From the NCBI GenBank assembly GCA_950071875.1, contig CATMNW010000001.1, positions 1 to 40,786 of the forward strand: DNA of 40,786 nucleotides, in the 5' to 3' direction. This DNA is from an uncultured Erythrobacteraceae bacterium (GTDB lineage: Bacteria > Pseudomonadota > Alphaproteobacteria > Sphingomonadales > Sphingomonadaceae). Positions 27,571 through 36,543 of this stretch are shown one piece after another. The position numbers and the translations under genes are program-made. Each line of letters starts with the position of its first letter. Position 1 is the first letter of the stretch. Below the pieces are notes generated by a model. It worked only from the letters and a program-made list of their open reading frames with translations, ran no database searches and was not told the DNA's origin.

Positions 27571-28530
27571 TTGGAAACTCCGGAAATCTCGCACGGATCG
27601 GGCCAGGAACAGCATGCCTCGCTCGCAGGCGGCGCCCGCACGGGAGAACGGTTCGGCATCACGATCCTTACTCCAACGTGGGATCGCGCGTGCCTGCTAC
27701 CACGCTTGCATGAATCCATAGCCAGCCAGGTCAGCGCGGGGCTCGATGTCGAATGGCTGGTGATCGACGATGGATCGCGCGACGAAACTGCGCGGCTGGT
27801 GGTCGGGTGGGCGGAGCGATCCGATTTCCCGATCCGCTACGAGAAGATCCAGCATGGCGGGAAGCACCGTGCGCTCAACCGGGGGTTTGCGCTTGCGACC
27901 GGCGATTGGGTTGCAATCATCGATAGTGACGACTGGCTGATGGAAGGGGGCCTGCGCCGTCTTCATGACACGCTGCAGGCCGCACGTCGGGCGAATGCGA
28001 AAATCGCCTTCATGCCGATCAAGGTGATCGATCGGGATAGACAATACCGCTTCCGGCAGCCCAATCGCCGTGTCGATGTGTCGGAAAGATACGATACAGA
28101 GCCCGATTTCGACTGTACCTGCGCATTCCACAAAAGCCTGCAACCGATCGCGCTGCGAGAATTCGGGGACGAGAAATTTCTCGCCGAAGCATCGCTCGTG
28201 CACAACCTCCCGGCCGGGGTCGGCGCGTATTTGTCGGATGCCGTCTGTGTCGCGGTCGAATATCAGCCCGATGGGCTCTCGGCGACCATCCTGCGACAAC
28301 GAATGGATTCTCCGGTCGGAGCCACATTCACGTACCAATCGATTTTCCGCAATTCGGCCAGGATGCCCACGCGCTTGCGGTCGCTGGTGAACTACGCACG
28401 GTTCTGGTGGCACGCGCGATTGTCAGGCCGCACCCCGTGCAAACCGCAAGGCTTGATTCAGGCGCTGGTGATTCCGGCGGCTCTACCGCTCGCCATCGTC
28501 GACAAGATACGCACCCGAGCGAAGGACTAG
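27571..28530 (+). CDS. Glycosyltransferase family 2
   Basis: ITILTPTWDRA, WLVIDDGSRD, GGKHRALN, IDSDD, EYQPDGLS. TTG start is uncertain. Confidence 0.9.
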   Translation: METPEISHGSGQEQHASLAGGARTGERFGITILTPTWDRACLLPRLHESIASQVSAGLDVEWLVIDDGSRDETARLVVGWAERSDFPIRYEKIQHGGKHRALNRGFALATGDWVAIIDSDDWLMEGGLRRLHDTLQAARRANAKIAFMPIKVIDRDRQYRFRQPNRRVDVSERYDTEPDFDCTCAFHKSLQPIALREFGDEKFLAEASLVHNLPAGVGAYLSDAVCVAVEYQPDGLSATILRQRMDSPVGATFTYQSIFRNSARMPTRLRSLVNYARFWWHARLSGRTPCKPQGLIQALVIPAALPLAIVDKIRTRAKD

Positions 28531-29087
28531 TCGTCCGACGCGCTGGGTTTGGGCAGCGGCGTTTCGGCTACTTCGGACTCACGTTCCTTTTCGAGCCGTT
28601 CCATATATTCGCGCTCGATCATCTCCACCCGCGCCTGCTCGGCAGCCGCATCCTCGTCGATGGTCGACAGGCGCTCGGCCCGCGCTTCGGCGATCAGCTG
28701 GCTGAAGCGTGCGGCGGAGCCGCCTTCGCGTGCCTCGTAGGCGGCATCGATCATCTTCTGCGTGCAGCCGGTGAAGCCCATGGCACCCGTGGGTGAGCAA
28801 CTCATCGCACCGAAATCGCCGACGAATTTGAAGGCTTCGACGCGCTGCGCCCACGCCGTGTTCGCCGGATCGTCGCTATAGCGCAGCGATTCGGGGATAC
28901 GGTAGCGCTCGCTCTCGTCGACCACGGCGCAGACCACAATCTCGCCATCTACGGCGGGCGGGCACGGATCTTCGCCATAGACGATTACCATGTTGACCCG
29001 GTCGCCTGCATCGTCCTGCGCGGAAGCGGACGTAGTGCCCGCGAATGCAGCCAAAGCGGCGAATGTAGCGATTGCGATATTCTTCAT
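28527..29087 (-). CDS. Secreted hypothetical protein
   Basis: Start MKNIAIATF at 29087 with a GAGG RBS; signal peptide ending ASA-Q; four Cys; acidic C-terminal helix. Confidence 0.7.
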   Translation of the reverse strand: MKNIAIATFAALAAFAGTTSASAQDDAGDRVNMVIVYGEDPCPPAVDGEIVVCAVVDESERYRIPESLRYSDDPANTAWAQRVEAFKFVGDFGAMSCSPTGAMGFTGCTQKMIDAAYEAREGGSAARFSQLIAEARAERLSTIDEDAAAEQARVEMIEREYMERLEKERESEVAETPLPKPSASDD

Positions 29088-29197
29088 CTGGGGCCTCTGC
29101 GGCTTGGGGAATGCGTGTGCCTTCGTCGATAGCATAAACGGCGTGAATGGCTGAACCATGACTGAAGCTATCGACGGTGCGTCTGGGTTCCCGCGCC

Positions 29198-29716
29198 TCA
29201 GACGCGTTCGCTGAGCCGGATGGCTGCGCGGCAGCCAAGCCGGATCGCGGCGGAGAGCAGCGGGTAGGCGGGCGCCTGCTCGGCCCCGGCGGCGATCGCG
29301 GCGTCGTGATGCTCTCGCTCGTCCTCGCGGAAGCGTTCGATCATGTCGCGCAGTTCGGGATCTTCGTCGGTCTCGTCGAGACGGTCGAGCTGCCGCGAAT
29401 AGTGGAGGTCGATTTCGGTCTCGACCGCTGCCGTGCACGCCATCGCCGCCTTCGGACCGATCAGCGCGGTCGCCGCCCCGAGTGCGTAGCCTGCAACCGA
29501 CCAGACCGGGTGCAGCGCAGTGGGGCGCACTCCGCGCTGTGCCATCAGCGCGTTGAAGGCTTCATGGTGATCGTCTTCCTGCCGGGCCATCGCCGCGATC
29601 TCGCCCGAGTTGGGTGCGCGATCGCCCATGACCGCGAGCTGCCCGCCATAAATGCGCGTGGCACCGAATTCGCCGGCCTGGTCGACCCGGATCATCCGTT
29701 CGATCTCGTCTTTCAT
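29198..29716 (-). CDS. coq7: Demethoxyubiquinone hydroxylase (Coq7 di-iron family)
   Basis: RMIRVDQAGEFGA, EDDH, AVETEIDLHY, FREDEREH. Confidence 0.92.
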   Translation of the reverse strand: MKDEIERMIRVDQAGEFGATRIYGGQLAVMGDRAPNSGEIAAMARQEDDHHEAFNALMAQRGVRPTALHPVWSVAGYALGAATALIGPKAAMACTAAVETEIDLHYSRQLDRLDETDEDPELRDMIERFREDEREHHDAAIAAGAEQAPAYPLLSAAIRLGCRAAIRLSERV

Positions 29717-29722
29717 GGCGCT

Positions 29723-30193
29723 TTATCGTTTCCTTGCGAGCAGCACGAGCGCAGCGATGCCCGCCGCGCACGAGATGATGAAATTGAACCCTGCCAGCGA
29801 AACGCCCAGCAGCGTCCATTGTGCCGTGTCGCACCGAATGAGCGGCGTCGCGAGGATAGCGTCCATCGCACTCCCACCGCCTGCATGCGGGATGGAGGCG
29901 CATTTCGTGACGCCTTCCCACCAGCCATATTCGACCCCGGCGTGGAAGCCGCCGATCAGGCCCGAAGCGATGATCGCCAGCGCGCCGAGCGCCACCCACA
30001 ACCGATGCGGAGGGGCGATGAAGGCCAGAACCGCGAAAGCGAGTGCGACAAAATGCGGATACCGTTGCCACCAGCACATCTCGCAGGGGTAGAGCCCGAA
30101 GCCATACTGGCTGACATAGGCTCCGCCGAGCAGCAGCGCAGGCGCCAGCAAAACGATCCAGCGCGCGGCGCGGGCGGACGGCGTATCGATCAT
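29723..30193 (-). CDS. dsbB: Disulfide bond formation protein B family
   Basis: GLYPCEMCWWQRYPH, HAGVE, second Cys pair (KC...RCD), four TM helices. Confidence 0.9.
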   Translation of the reverse strand: MIDTPSARAARWIVLLAPALLLGGAYVSQYGFGLYPCEMCWWQRYPHFVALAFAVLAFIAPPHRLWVALGALAIIASGLIGGFHAGVEYGWWEGVTKCASIPHAGGGSAMDAILATPLIRCDTAQWTLLGVSLAGFNFIISCAAGIAALVLLARKR

Positions 30194-30209
30194 GCCTTCG
30201 CGCTCCCGC

Positions 30210-31547
30210 CTATTTCAGCAGCGCAACCGAACTCGCGGTAGTCCGGCGCAGCGTCTTGATCGCGTAGTCGAGCTGGAAATCCTCGATCCCCTGCTCCTTC
30301 AGCTGTTCCGACGTCTGCGAGAAACGCGGATCCGCCTTGAGGTCGCGTTCAAGATCGTCGTCCTTCAGGTCGGCCTCGTTGATCAGGTGCCCGCGCAGGT
30401 CGCTTTCGCGCAGCTGATACTTCATCCGCCGCTCCATATCGGGGTCCGAGATCTGCGGCACGCGGATGTCGGGCTTGATCCCGCCTTCCTGCACCGAATG
30501 GCCCGAAGGCGTATAGTAGCGCGCGGTGGTCAGCTTGAGCGCGGCATCGTCGCCCAGCGGGACGAGCGACTGGACGCTGCCCTTGCCGAAGCTGCGTTCG
30601 CCCATGATCAGCGCGCGGCGGTGATCCTGCAATGCGCCGGCGACGATCTCGCTCGCCGAGGCGGAGCCCGCGTCGATCAGCACGATCAGCGGCACGTTGG
30701 GGGCGATCTGCCCGCGGAACATCGTTTCCGAATTGTAGGTGATCGATTCCCCCCGGGCCCGTCCGCGCTGCGACACGATCCGGCCTTCGTCGAGGAACAG
30801 GTCCGACAGCGCGACCGCCTCGTCGAGCGAACCGCCGGGGTTGGACCGCAAGTCGAGGATCAGGCCGTTGACCTTGCCGCCGACTTCCTTCTGGATCTCA
30901 CCCCACGCAGCGTAGACATCGGCCCCGACATCGCGCGAGAATTCGTTGACGGTAATAATCCCGATACCCCCGTCGGCGACGGTATGGGTCACCGGCTCGA
31001 GCTCGATCACGCCGCGCGTCACGGTGGTTTCGATTGGCTCCTCGCTGCCCGGGCGGAAGATCGTCAGGTTGATCGACGTGCCCGCAGGGCCGCGCATCTG
31101 GGACACCGCATCGTCCAGATCGCCGCCGTAGATCAGCTTTCCATTCAGATGGGTGATGAAGTCGCCCGCCTTGATCCCGGCCTTTTCGGCGGGGCTGCCG
31201 CGGAACGGGCTGACGACCTTGACTGCGCCCTCTTCCATCACGACCGACAGGCCAAGGCCCGAGTAATTGCCGTCGATCAGCGTCTCGAGGCGCTGGAGGT
31301 CGGCTCCGTCGAGATAGGCGGAATGCGGATCGAGGCTGGCGAGCATGCCGTCGATCGCGCCACGGATCAGCTTGTCGTCGTCGACCGGATCGACATAGCT
31401 CGCCTTGATCCGCTGGTAGGTCGCGAACAGCTTGGCGAATTCAGGCGCGACGCGGCTGTCGACCTGCGCCATCCCGGCGGTGGCAATCGGGACCATGGCG
31501 AGCGCGGAGACAAACGCGAGCGAGCGGGCGACGACGGGCAGTTTCAT
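30210..31547 (-). CDS. ctpA: Carboxy-terminal processing protease, S41 family
   Basis: LDPHSAY, PDZ GLGL, DLRSNPGG, GSASASEIVAGALQD, SFGKGSVQ, TTARYYTPSG. Likely start MKLPV at 31547. Confidence 0.95.
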   Translation of the reverse strand: MKLPVVARSLAFVSALAMVPIATAGMAQVDSRVAPEFAKLFATYQRIKASYVDPVDDDKLIRGAIDGMLASLDPHSAYLDGADLQRLETLIDGNYSGLGLSVVMEEGAVKVVSPFRGSPAEKAGIKAGDFITHLNGKLIYGGDLDDAVSQMRGPAGTSINLTIFRPGSEEPIETTVTRGVIELEPVTHTVADGGIGIITVNEFSRDVGADVYAAWGEIQKEVGGKVNGLILDLRSNPGGSLDEAVALSDLFLDEGRIVSQRGRARGESITYNSETMFRGQIAPNVPLIVLIDAGSASASEIVAGALQDHRRALIMGERSFGKGSVQSLVPLGDDAALKLTTARYYTPSGHSVQEGGIKPDIRVPQISDPDMERRMKYQLRESDLRGHLINEADLKDDDLERDLKADPRFSQTSEQLKEQGIEDFQLDYAIKTLRRTTASSVALLK

Positions 31548-31646
31548 AGTGGCAAGCCTTTTGGACATTCGCCCCCGTCTATCGCGCACGAGCGGTTAAC
31601 GCCAGATGGCCGTTGTGCGGGGTACGATGCGTTTCAGCGCGGGACT

Positions 31647-32885
31647 TTACCGGCCGAGATGATCGAGAGGATTGGCCGGACGCCCGCCGAGACGCAGTTC
31701 GAACCCGACCGGGCCACCTCGCGGCGGGGCCACACCGAGCGGCGCACCTTCGACCAGTTCGTCTCCCACGCCCACATCGGTGCGGGCAAGACCGGTAATC
31801 AGGCTGGTCCAGCCGTCGGGATGTTCGATGATCACGATCCGGTCGTATCCCCTGAAGGGACCGGCAAAGGCCACCCGACCGGGAGCCGGGGTCACGACTT
31901 GCGCGCCACCCGCCGCGCGAATCGTCACCCCTTCGGAGCGGCCCCCGCTGGAATCGACCGACCCGAATCCACGCAGCGTCCGCCCGTCGACCGGCAAGCG
32001 GAGCCCGGCAGGCGGTTGCGCAGCCTGTTTCGTCGCGGGCGGAAGGCGCTGGGCGTTCCCCGGCGCGCGCGCCTGTGCGGGCTGCGCGGGACGGATCAGC
32101 GGTCCGGGCAATTCGGCGAGCTCTTCACGCAGCGTACCTGCGGCATCGATCCGCGCCACCAGGCCATCGAGATCGCGCGCCTGTTCGGCATAGGCAAGGG
32201 CGCGCTCCTCCTGTCGATCGGCCTCTCCCCCACGCCGACGTGCGGCCAGCCGCTTACGCGTCTCGATCGCGGCAAGTTGGCTCCGGCGCGTCGCCAGGCG
32301 CTCTTCTTCCTCGGCGAGCCCCGTCAACACGGTTTCGGCCTTCCGGCGCAGGCCGCGGCTGCGGTCGATCTCGCTGCGCAGTGCGGCGGTGCGGCCCCGG
32401 ACTTGGGGGATCGTCGTTTCAAGCACGGCGCGCAGATACATGCTCTCGCGGATCGATCCGGGCCGGAAAACCGACAGCACCAGCGGCCGACGGGAAAAAT
32501 TCTGCAATGCGCCGGTCAGACGGATCAGCGGCTCGCGCCGCTCGCCCAGCCGCGCATTAAGCGCGTCCTGCTGCCGCCGGATCAGCGTCAGCTGCCCCTT
32601 CGCGACGGCGATCTCCGCCTCGGTTTCCTGGATTCGCGCGGCGAGCGCGGCGGACTGGCTGGCGATCTTGTCCGCCTCCACCTTGGCTTGCGCGGCGGCA
32701 GCTTCGAGCGAGCGGCCCCGTTTGGCTGCCTGCTGCGACGCGCGCTCGGCGCGCTGGATCGCGGCGCGCACCTCGTCGGTGGTCTCGAACGCACCCAGGC
32801 CCTGCTGGCTGCGTACCTGCGGGGCGAGCGCTACGGCAGCAAGCACCGCCAGCGGCGCGAGGAGAAGGGCGAAGCGTTGAACCAT
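31647..32885 (-). CDS. Murein hydrolase activator EnvC-like (coiled coil plus degenerate M23)
   Basis: Signal peptide, long coiled coil, C-terminal LytM fold lacking the HxxxD/HxH Zn ligands. Conserved position between rlmH and ctpA. Confidence 0.85.
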   Translation of the reverse strand: MVQRFALLLAPLAVLAAVALAPQVRSQQGLGAFETTDEVRAAIQRAERASQQAAKRGRSLEAAAAQAKVEADKIASQSAALAARIQETEAEIAVAKGQLTLIRRQQDALNARLGERREPLIRLTGALQNFSRRPLVLSVFRPGSIRESMYLRAVLETTIPQVRGRTAALRSEIDRSRGLRRKAETVLTGLAEEEERLATRRSQLAAIETRKRLAARRRGGEADRQEERALAYAEQARDLDGLVARIDAAGTLREELAELPGPLIRPAQPAQARAPGNAQRLPPATKQAAQPPAGLRLPVDGRTLRGFGSVDSSGGRSEGVTIRAAGGAQVVTPAPGRVAFAGPFRGYDRIVIIEHPDGWTSLITGLARTDVGVGDELVEGAPLGVAPPRGGPVGFELRLGGRPANPLDHLGR

Positions 32886-32891
32886 CGAAGC

Positions 32892-33314
32892 CTACCCTGC
32901 CCGATGATAGGGATGGCCTGCAAGAATGCTCGTTGCGCGATAGAGCTGTTCGGCGAGCATCGCGCGCGCCAGCAGATGCGGCCAGGTGGCGCTCCCGAAG
33001 GCGAGCAGCAGGTCGGCTTCGGCACGCTGTTCCTCGGAATGGCCGTCGGCGGCGCCGATCAGGAAGCGCGTTTCGCGGATGCCCCCGTCGCGCCATTCGC
33101 CGAGGATTGTCGCCAGTTTCTCCGACGGGAGATCGCGACCCTTTTCATCGAGCGCGACGGTGCGAACGGGCTCTTTCGGGGGCGGAATGCGGCCCCCGGT
33201 CTCGGGCAGTTCGGTCAGCTTGGTATCCCACGCGATCCGCGTGAAGTAGCGGTTCACCAGCTCGGCCTCGGGCGATCGGCCGATCTTGCCGCGCGCAATG
33301 ATGTGGAGCAGCAC
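32892..33314 (-). CDS. rlmH: 23S rRNA (pseudouridine1915-N3)-methyltransferase
   Basis: LDEKG, FLIGAADGH, TWPHLLARAMLAEQLYRATSILAGHPYHR. Confidence 0.96.
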   Translation of the reverse strand: MLLHIIARGKIGRSPEAELVNRYFTRIAWDTKLTELPETGGRIPPPKEPVRTVALDEKGRDLPSEKLATILGEWRDGGIRETRFLIGAADGHSEEQRAEADLLLAFGSATWPHLLARAMLAEQLYRATSILAGHPYHRAG

Positions 33315-33347
33315 TGGTCAGCGGGCGGGCACAGCCTGGCGAAAAAG

Positions 33348-33770
33348 CTAGGCGTTGCCCCCCGCGGCCAACTTCTCGTCGTCGCCGAAGGACCACATGC
33401 GTTCGATGTTGTAGAAGCTGCGCACCTCGGGGCGGAACAGGTGGACGACCACGTCGCCAGCGTCGATCACGACCCAGTCGGCAGCGGGCAGGCCTTCGAG
33501 ACGGATCGGGCCGTACCCATCCTGCTTCATCTTTTCCGCCAGTTTCTGCGCGATCGAGGCAACCTGACGGGTCGAACGACCCGACGCGACAACCATGTGA
33601 TCGGCGATGCTCGATTTGCCTTCGAGATCGATGCTCACGATGTCCTGCGCTTGATCGTCGTCCAGATGCTGCATCACCAGCGCGTGCAGCGCATCGGAGC
33701 GATCACCGGTCAAGGCGGGCGCTTTCTTGGCGGCCCTGGCGGGCGCTGTGTCGGCGTGCGCGTGTGTCAT
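33348..33770 (-). CDS. rsfS: Ribosome silencing factor (Iojap family)
   Basis: IADHMVVASGRSTRQV, DWVVIDAGDVVVHLFRPEVRSFYNIERMW. Start is 33770 or 33794. Confidence 0.95.
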   Translation of the reverse strand: MTHAHADTAPARAAKKAPALTGDRSDALHALVMQHLDDDQAQDIVSIDLEGKSSIADHMVVASGRSTRQVASIAQKLAEKMKQDGYGPIRLEGLPAADWVVIDAGDVVVHLFRPEVRSFYNIERMWSFGDDEKLAAGGNA

Positions 33771-33830
33771 GGGCGGGGTCGATACTCCTGTCATTCCAAG
33801 GATATGGGAATGGCCGGGAGCATATGCGAG

Positions 33831-34589
33831 TCATGCGCTCCCCGGCTCCGGCTGCGTGCCGGTACGCGTAATAGGTCGATGGGTTACCTGGTCGCGGATC
33901 GGAGCGTCGCCATAGCGCGATGCCCAGTTGGGCTCGCCAGCGCGGATCGCGGTGGCAGACCGGGCATCGGGATCAAAACGCAGTGTCACCAGAATAGGTG
34001 CGCTCCATTCGCCCCTGTTGCGGAACCGGATGTTCCTGAACCGCGCCGCGTCCATCGTGAAGCGCCGCAGCAATGCCGCCGCGGGGCTTGCGACGGTTGC
34101 CATCTCATACCCCGGTCTGGCGATTACCGCAATCGGTACGCTCGACGCGATCCTCCGCCATTGGCGCCACTTGTGAAATGTCGCGAGATTATCGGAGCCC
34201 ATCAGCCACACGAAATCCCGCTTCGGATAGCGCGCCTGCAACGCCGCGATCGTATCGCACGTATAGCGCGTGCCCAGCTCCCTCTCGATCGCCGTGACCC
34301 GGATCGGTGCCCGGCGCGCCTGCTCGACGGCCGAGCGATAGCGCGCATCGAGCGGCGCCATACCCTTTGCAGATTTTAATGGGTTGCCGGGCGAAACCAG
34401 CCACCAGACCTCGTCGAGGCCCAGCGCGCGCATGGCGAACAGCGAGATACGCCGGTGCCCGCCGTGCGCAGGATTGAAACTTCCGCCCAGCAATCCGACT
34501 CGCGGCCGGGCGCGCCGGGGCCGTGACGACGCGCCCTGAAAAGGGGGGAATCGCGATTGCGAGGGAGGAGGCCGGAGCGAATCGGTCAA
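33831..34589 (-). CDS. nadD: Nicotinate-nucleotide adenylyltransferase
   Basis: GLLGGSFNPAHGGH, WWLVSPGNPLK, WLMGSDNL, SATAIR. Start is uncertain (in-frame TTG 34589 or GTG 34655). Confidence 0.93.
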   Translation of the reverse strand: MTDSLRPPPSQSRFPPFQGASSRPRRARPRVGLLGGSFNPAHGGHRRISLFAMRALGLDEVWWLVSPGNPLKSAKGMAPLDARYRSAVEQARRAPIRVTAIERELGTRYTCDTIAALQARYPKRDFVWLMGSDNLATFHKWRQWRRIASSVPIAVIARPGYEMATVASPAAALLRRFTMDAARFRNIRFRNRGEWSAPILVTLRFDPDARSATAIRAGEPNWASRYGDAPIRDQVTHRPITRTGTQPEPGSA

Positions 34590-34768
34590 GCGAGCCGAAA
34601 CACTCGGGATTGGGTCCGGTTCCCGAAAATTAAGGTTAATGACAGAATTTTTCACAGTTCATCGTAGCCACACTTCGACTCATCCTGTCGGGCGGCCGGG
34701 TGATTCGACCGCTCCCGGCCCGCTTGCTAGCCCCCCAACAGGGACCGGACATACGGTTAGGGGTTGCA

Positions 34769-35968
34769 TTGACACATCACACGGAACAGCGCGTCACGTG
34801 GGCGCAGCGCATGGAACTTTGGTTTCCCGAGCGTGAGTTTTTCATGCGTTCGCACGGCCAGGTTCGTTTCATCAAGATCAGTTCGCGGCTCCAGAAGACG
34901 GCGGTCGCACTGACGCTGATCGTCGCACTGGCGGTGATCGCCGGCATGGGGACGATGAGCTTCCTGCAATGGCGATCGAGCGTGGAGCGCGTTTCGCTGC
35001 TCGAACGCGAAGCCGATGTCGCCACGTCGGAAGAACGCCTCAACGCCTATCGCGCCAATCTGGGCGAAGTGACGCAGGATCTTGAGAAGCGGCAGGACTT
35101 CATCGAGGAAATGATGAAGGTGGTTCCCGCCGACGCGATCCAGGAAAGCACGGTTACCGATAGCTCGGACGAGACCGCCGACATGGTCGAGAAAGTCTCC
35201 ATGGCCGTGCCCGAAGCGGCCGCACTGGCGAAGATCGAGGCGCGCCAGCTGGTCTTCGTCGAAGGACTGACCCGCTATGCGGACAACCGTTCGAAACAGG
35301 CGATGTGGGCGCTCAACGAGCTCGGGCTCGACCCCAAGCAGATCCTCGCCACCGCCGAAAAGTCGGCGCGCGGCGGGCCGTTCGAAGCCGTCTTCGGCGA
35401 AGGCGACGAAATCGATCCGCGCTTCGAGCGGCTCGGCCTCAGCCTCGCGCGGATGGCCACGCTGGAAGAGACGCTCGAAGGCGTGCCGCAGCTTCGCCCG
35501 ACCGATACGCCCGCGGCAAACTCCTCTTTCGGTTATCGCCGCGATCCGTTTACCGGACGCGCTGCCATGCACCGCGGGCTCGATTTCCCGGGCCCGCGCG
35601 GCGCGCCGATCTACGCCGCCGCGCGCGGAACGGTGACCTTCGTCGGGCAAAAGGGCGGCTATGGTAACGCGGTTGAAATCAGCCACGGGCAGGGGCTGTT
35701 AACCCGCTACGGCCACATGTCGCGTTTTGAGGCGAAGGTGGGTGACCGGGTTGAAGCAGGCACGGTTATCGGCGCTATTGGCAGCACGGGTCGATCGACC
35801 GGCCCGCACCTGCATTTCGAGGTTCGAGTGAACGGCACAGCAGTCAATCCGCGCACATTCTTGGAGTTAGCCCCTGATGTTCTCAAAAAAGCACGCAGAA
35901 ACCCCACCGCCGCCGCCGCCCAGCGCGCCGGCGCGGCCCGCAGCGCCGAAGGCAAGTCCCGTGGCTAA
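34769..35968 (+). CDS. Membrane-anchored M23 endopeptidase, LmdC-like (DUF5930-type N-terminus)
   Basis: WFPEREFFMRSHGQVRF, one TM helix, coiled coil, intact M23 motifs HRGLD, YGHM and STGPHLHFEV. Probable TTG start at 34769 after AGGGG. Confidence 0.88.
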   Translation: MTHHTEQRVTWAQRMELWFPEREFFMRSHGQVRFIKISSRLQKTAVALTLIVALAVIAGMGTMSFLQWRSSVERVSLLEREADVATSEERLNAYRANLGEVTQDLEKRQDFIEEMMKVVPADAIQESTVTDSSDETADMVEKVSMAVPEAAALAKIEARQLVFVEGLTRYADNRSKQAMWALNELGLDPKQILATAEKSARGGPFEAVFGEGDEIDPRFERLGLSLARMATLEETLEGVPQLRPTDTPAANSSFGYRRDPFTGRAAMHRGLDFPGPRGAPIYAAARGTVTFVGQKGGYGNAVEISHGQGLLTRYGHMSRFEAKVGDRVEAGTVIGAIGSTGRSTGPHLHFEVRVNGTAVNPRTFLELAPDVLKKARRNPTAAAAQRAGAARSAEGKSRG

Positions 35969-36464
35969 GGGCGGTTCCTCCTCGGGCAGCTTCTCGGTGC
36001 TGGGTGCGGACGTCACCATCACCGGAAACATCAGCGCAACCACCGAACTGCATATCGACGGTACGGTCGAAGGCGACATCGACTGCGCTTCGCTGGTGCA
36101 GGGCGACGGCAGCCAGATCACGGGCGAAGTAACCGCCGAGACCGCCCGGCTGGCCGGTCGTGTCGATGGTTCGATCCATGCACGCGAGCTGGTGATCCTG
36201 CGCAGCGCGACGATCAACGGCGATGTGCATTACGAAGCGCTCACCGTGGAACAGGGCGCCGCGGTGCAGGGCCGTTTCGCACCGCGCGACGCCGCCCCGC
36301 CCAAGGCGAGCGCATCCAGCAATACTGCGTCTTCCTCAACCACCGGCAGCGCGACCTCTTCGTCGACTACCGCGGATCTCGGCATTTCGCCGTTCTCTTC
36401 GGACAACGACAGCGACACGGACCGCGCGAGCGCCAGCGCGAGCAATACCTCGAACTACTACTGA
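35877..36464 (+). CDS. bacA: Bactofilin (polymer-forming cytoskeletal protein)
   Basis: MFSKK N-terminal peptide, Pro-rich linker, SVLGADVTITGNI...LHIDGTVEGDI...GDVHYEALTVEQGA; GGAG RBS. Confidence 0.92.
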   Translation: MFSKKHAETPPPPPPSAPARPAAPKASPVAKGGSSSGSFSVLGADVTITGNISATTELHIDGTVEGDIDCASLVQGDGSQITGEVTAETARLAGRVDGSIHARELVILRSATINGDVHYEALTVEQGAAVQGRFAPRDAAPPKASASSNTASSSTTGSATSSSTTADLGISPFSSDNDSDTDRASASASNTSNYY

Positions 36465-36489
36465 GTTACCGGCCACGGTCGGGAGGGAA

Positions 36490-36526
36490 GCGGGAGCGCG
36501 CCGTTGGATCGCGGCGTCGCTCCCGC
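36490..36526. terminator. GC-rich hairpin between convergent bactofilin and CoA-ligase genes
   Basis: GCGGGAGCG-CGCCG / CGGCG-t-CGCTCCCGC. No U-tract. Confidence 0.5.
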
Positions 36527-36543
36527 AGTGCATTCGGGACCGG

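Noticed and set aside
30192-34379. 1395-aa plus-strand ORF
   Set aside because: Antisense shadow of ctpA-envC-rlmH-rsfS-nadD in high-GC DNA; no domain motifs.
34626-34655. Full CtrA site between nadD and lmdC
   Set aside because: The two TTAA are 2 nt apart, not 7, so at most a half-site.
34490-34655. nadD as a pseudogene lacking a start codon
   Set aside because: The frame is open, with in-frame TTG (34589) and GTG (34655) starts and all catalytic motifs intact.
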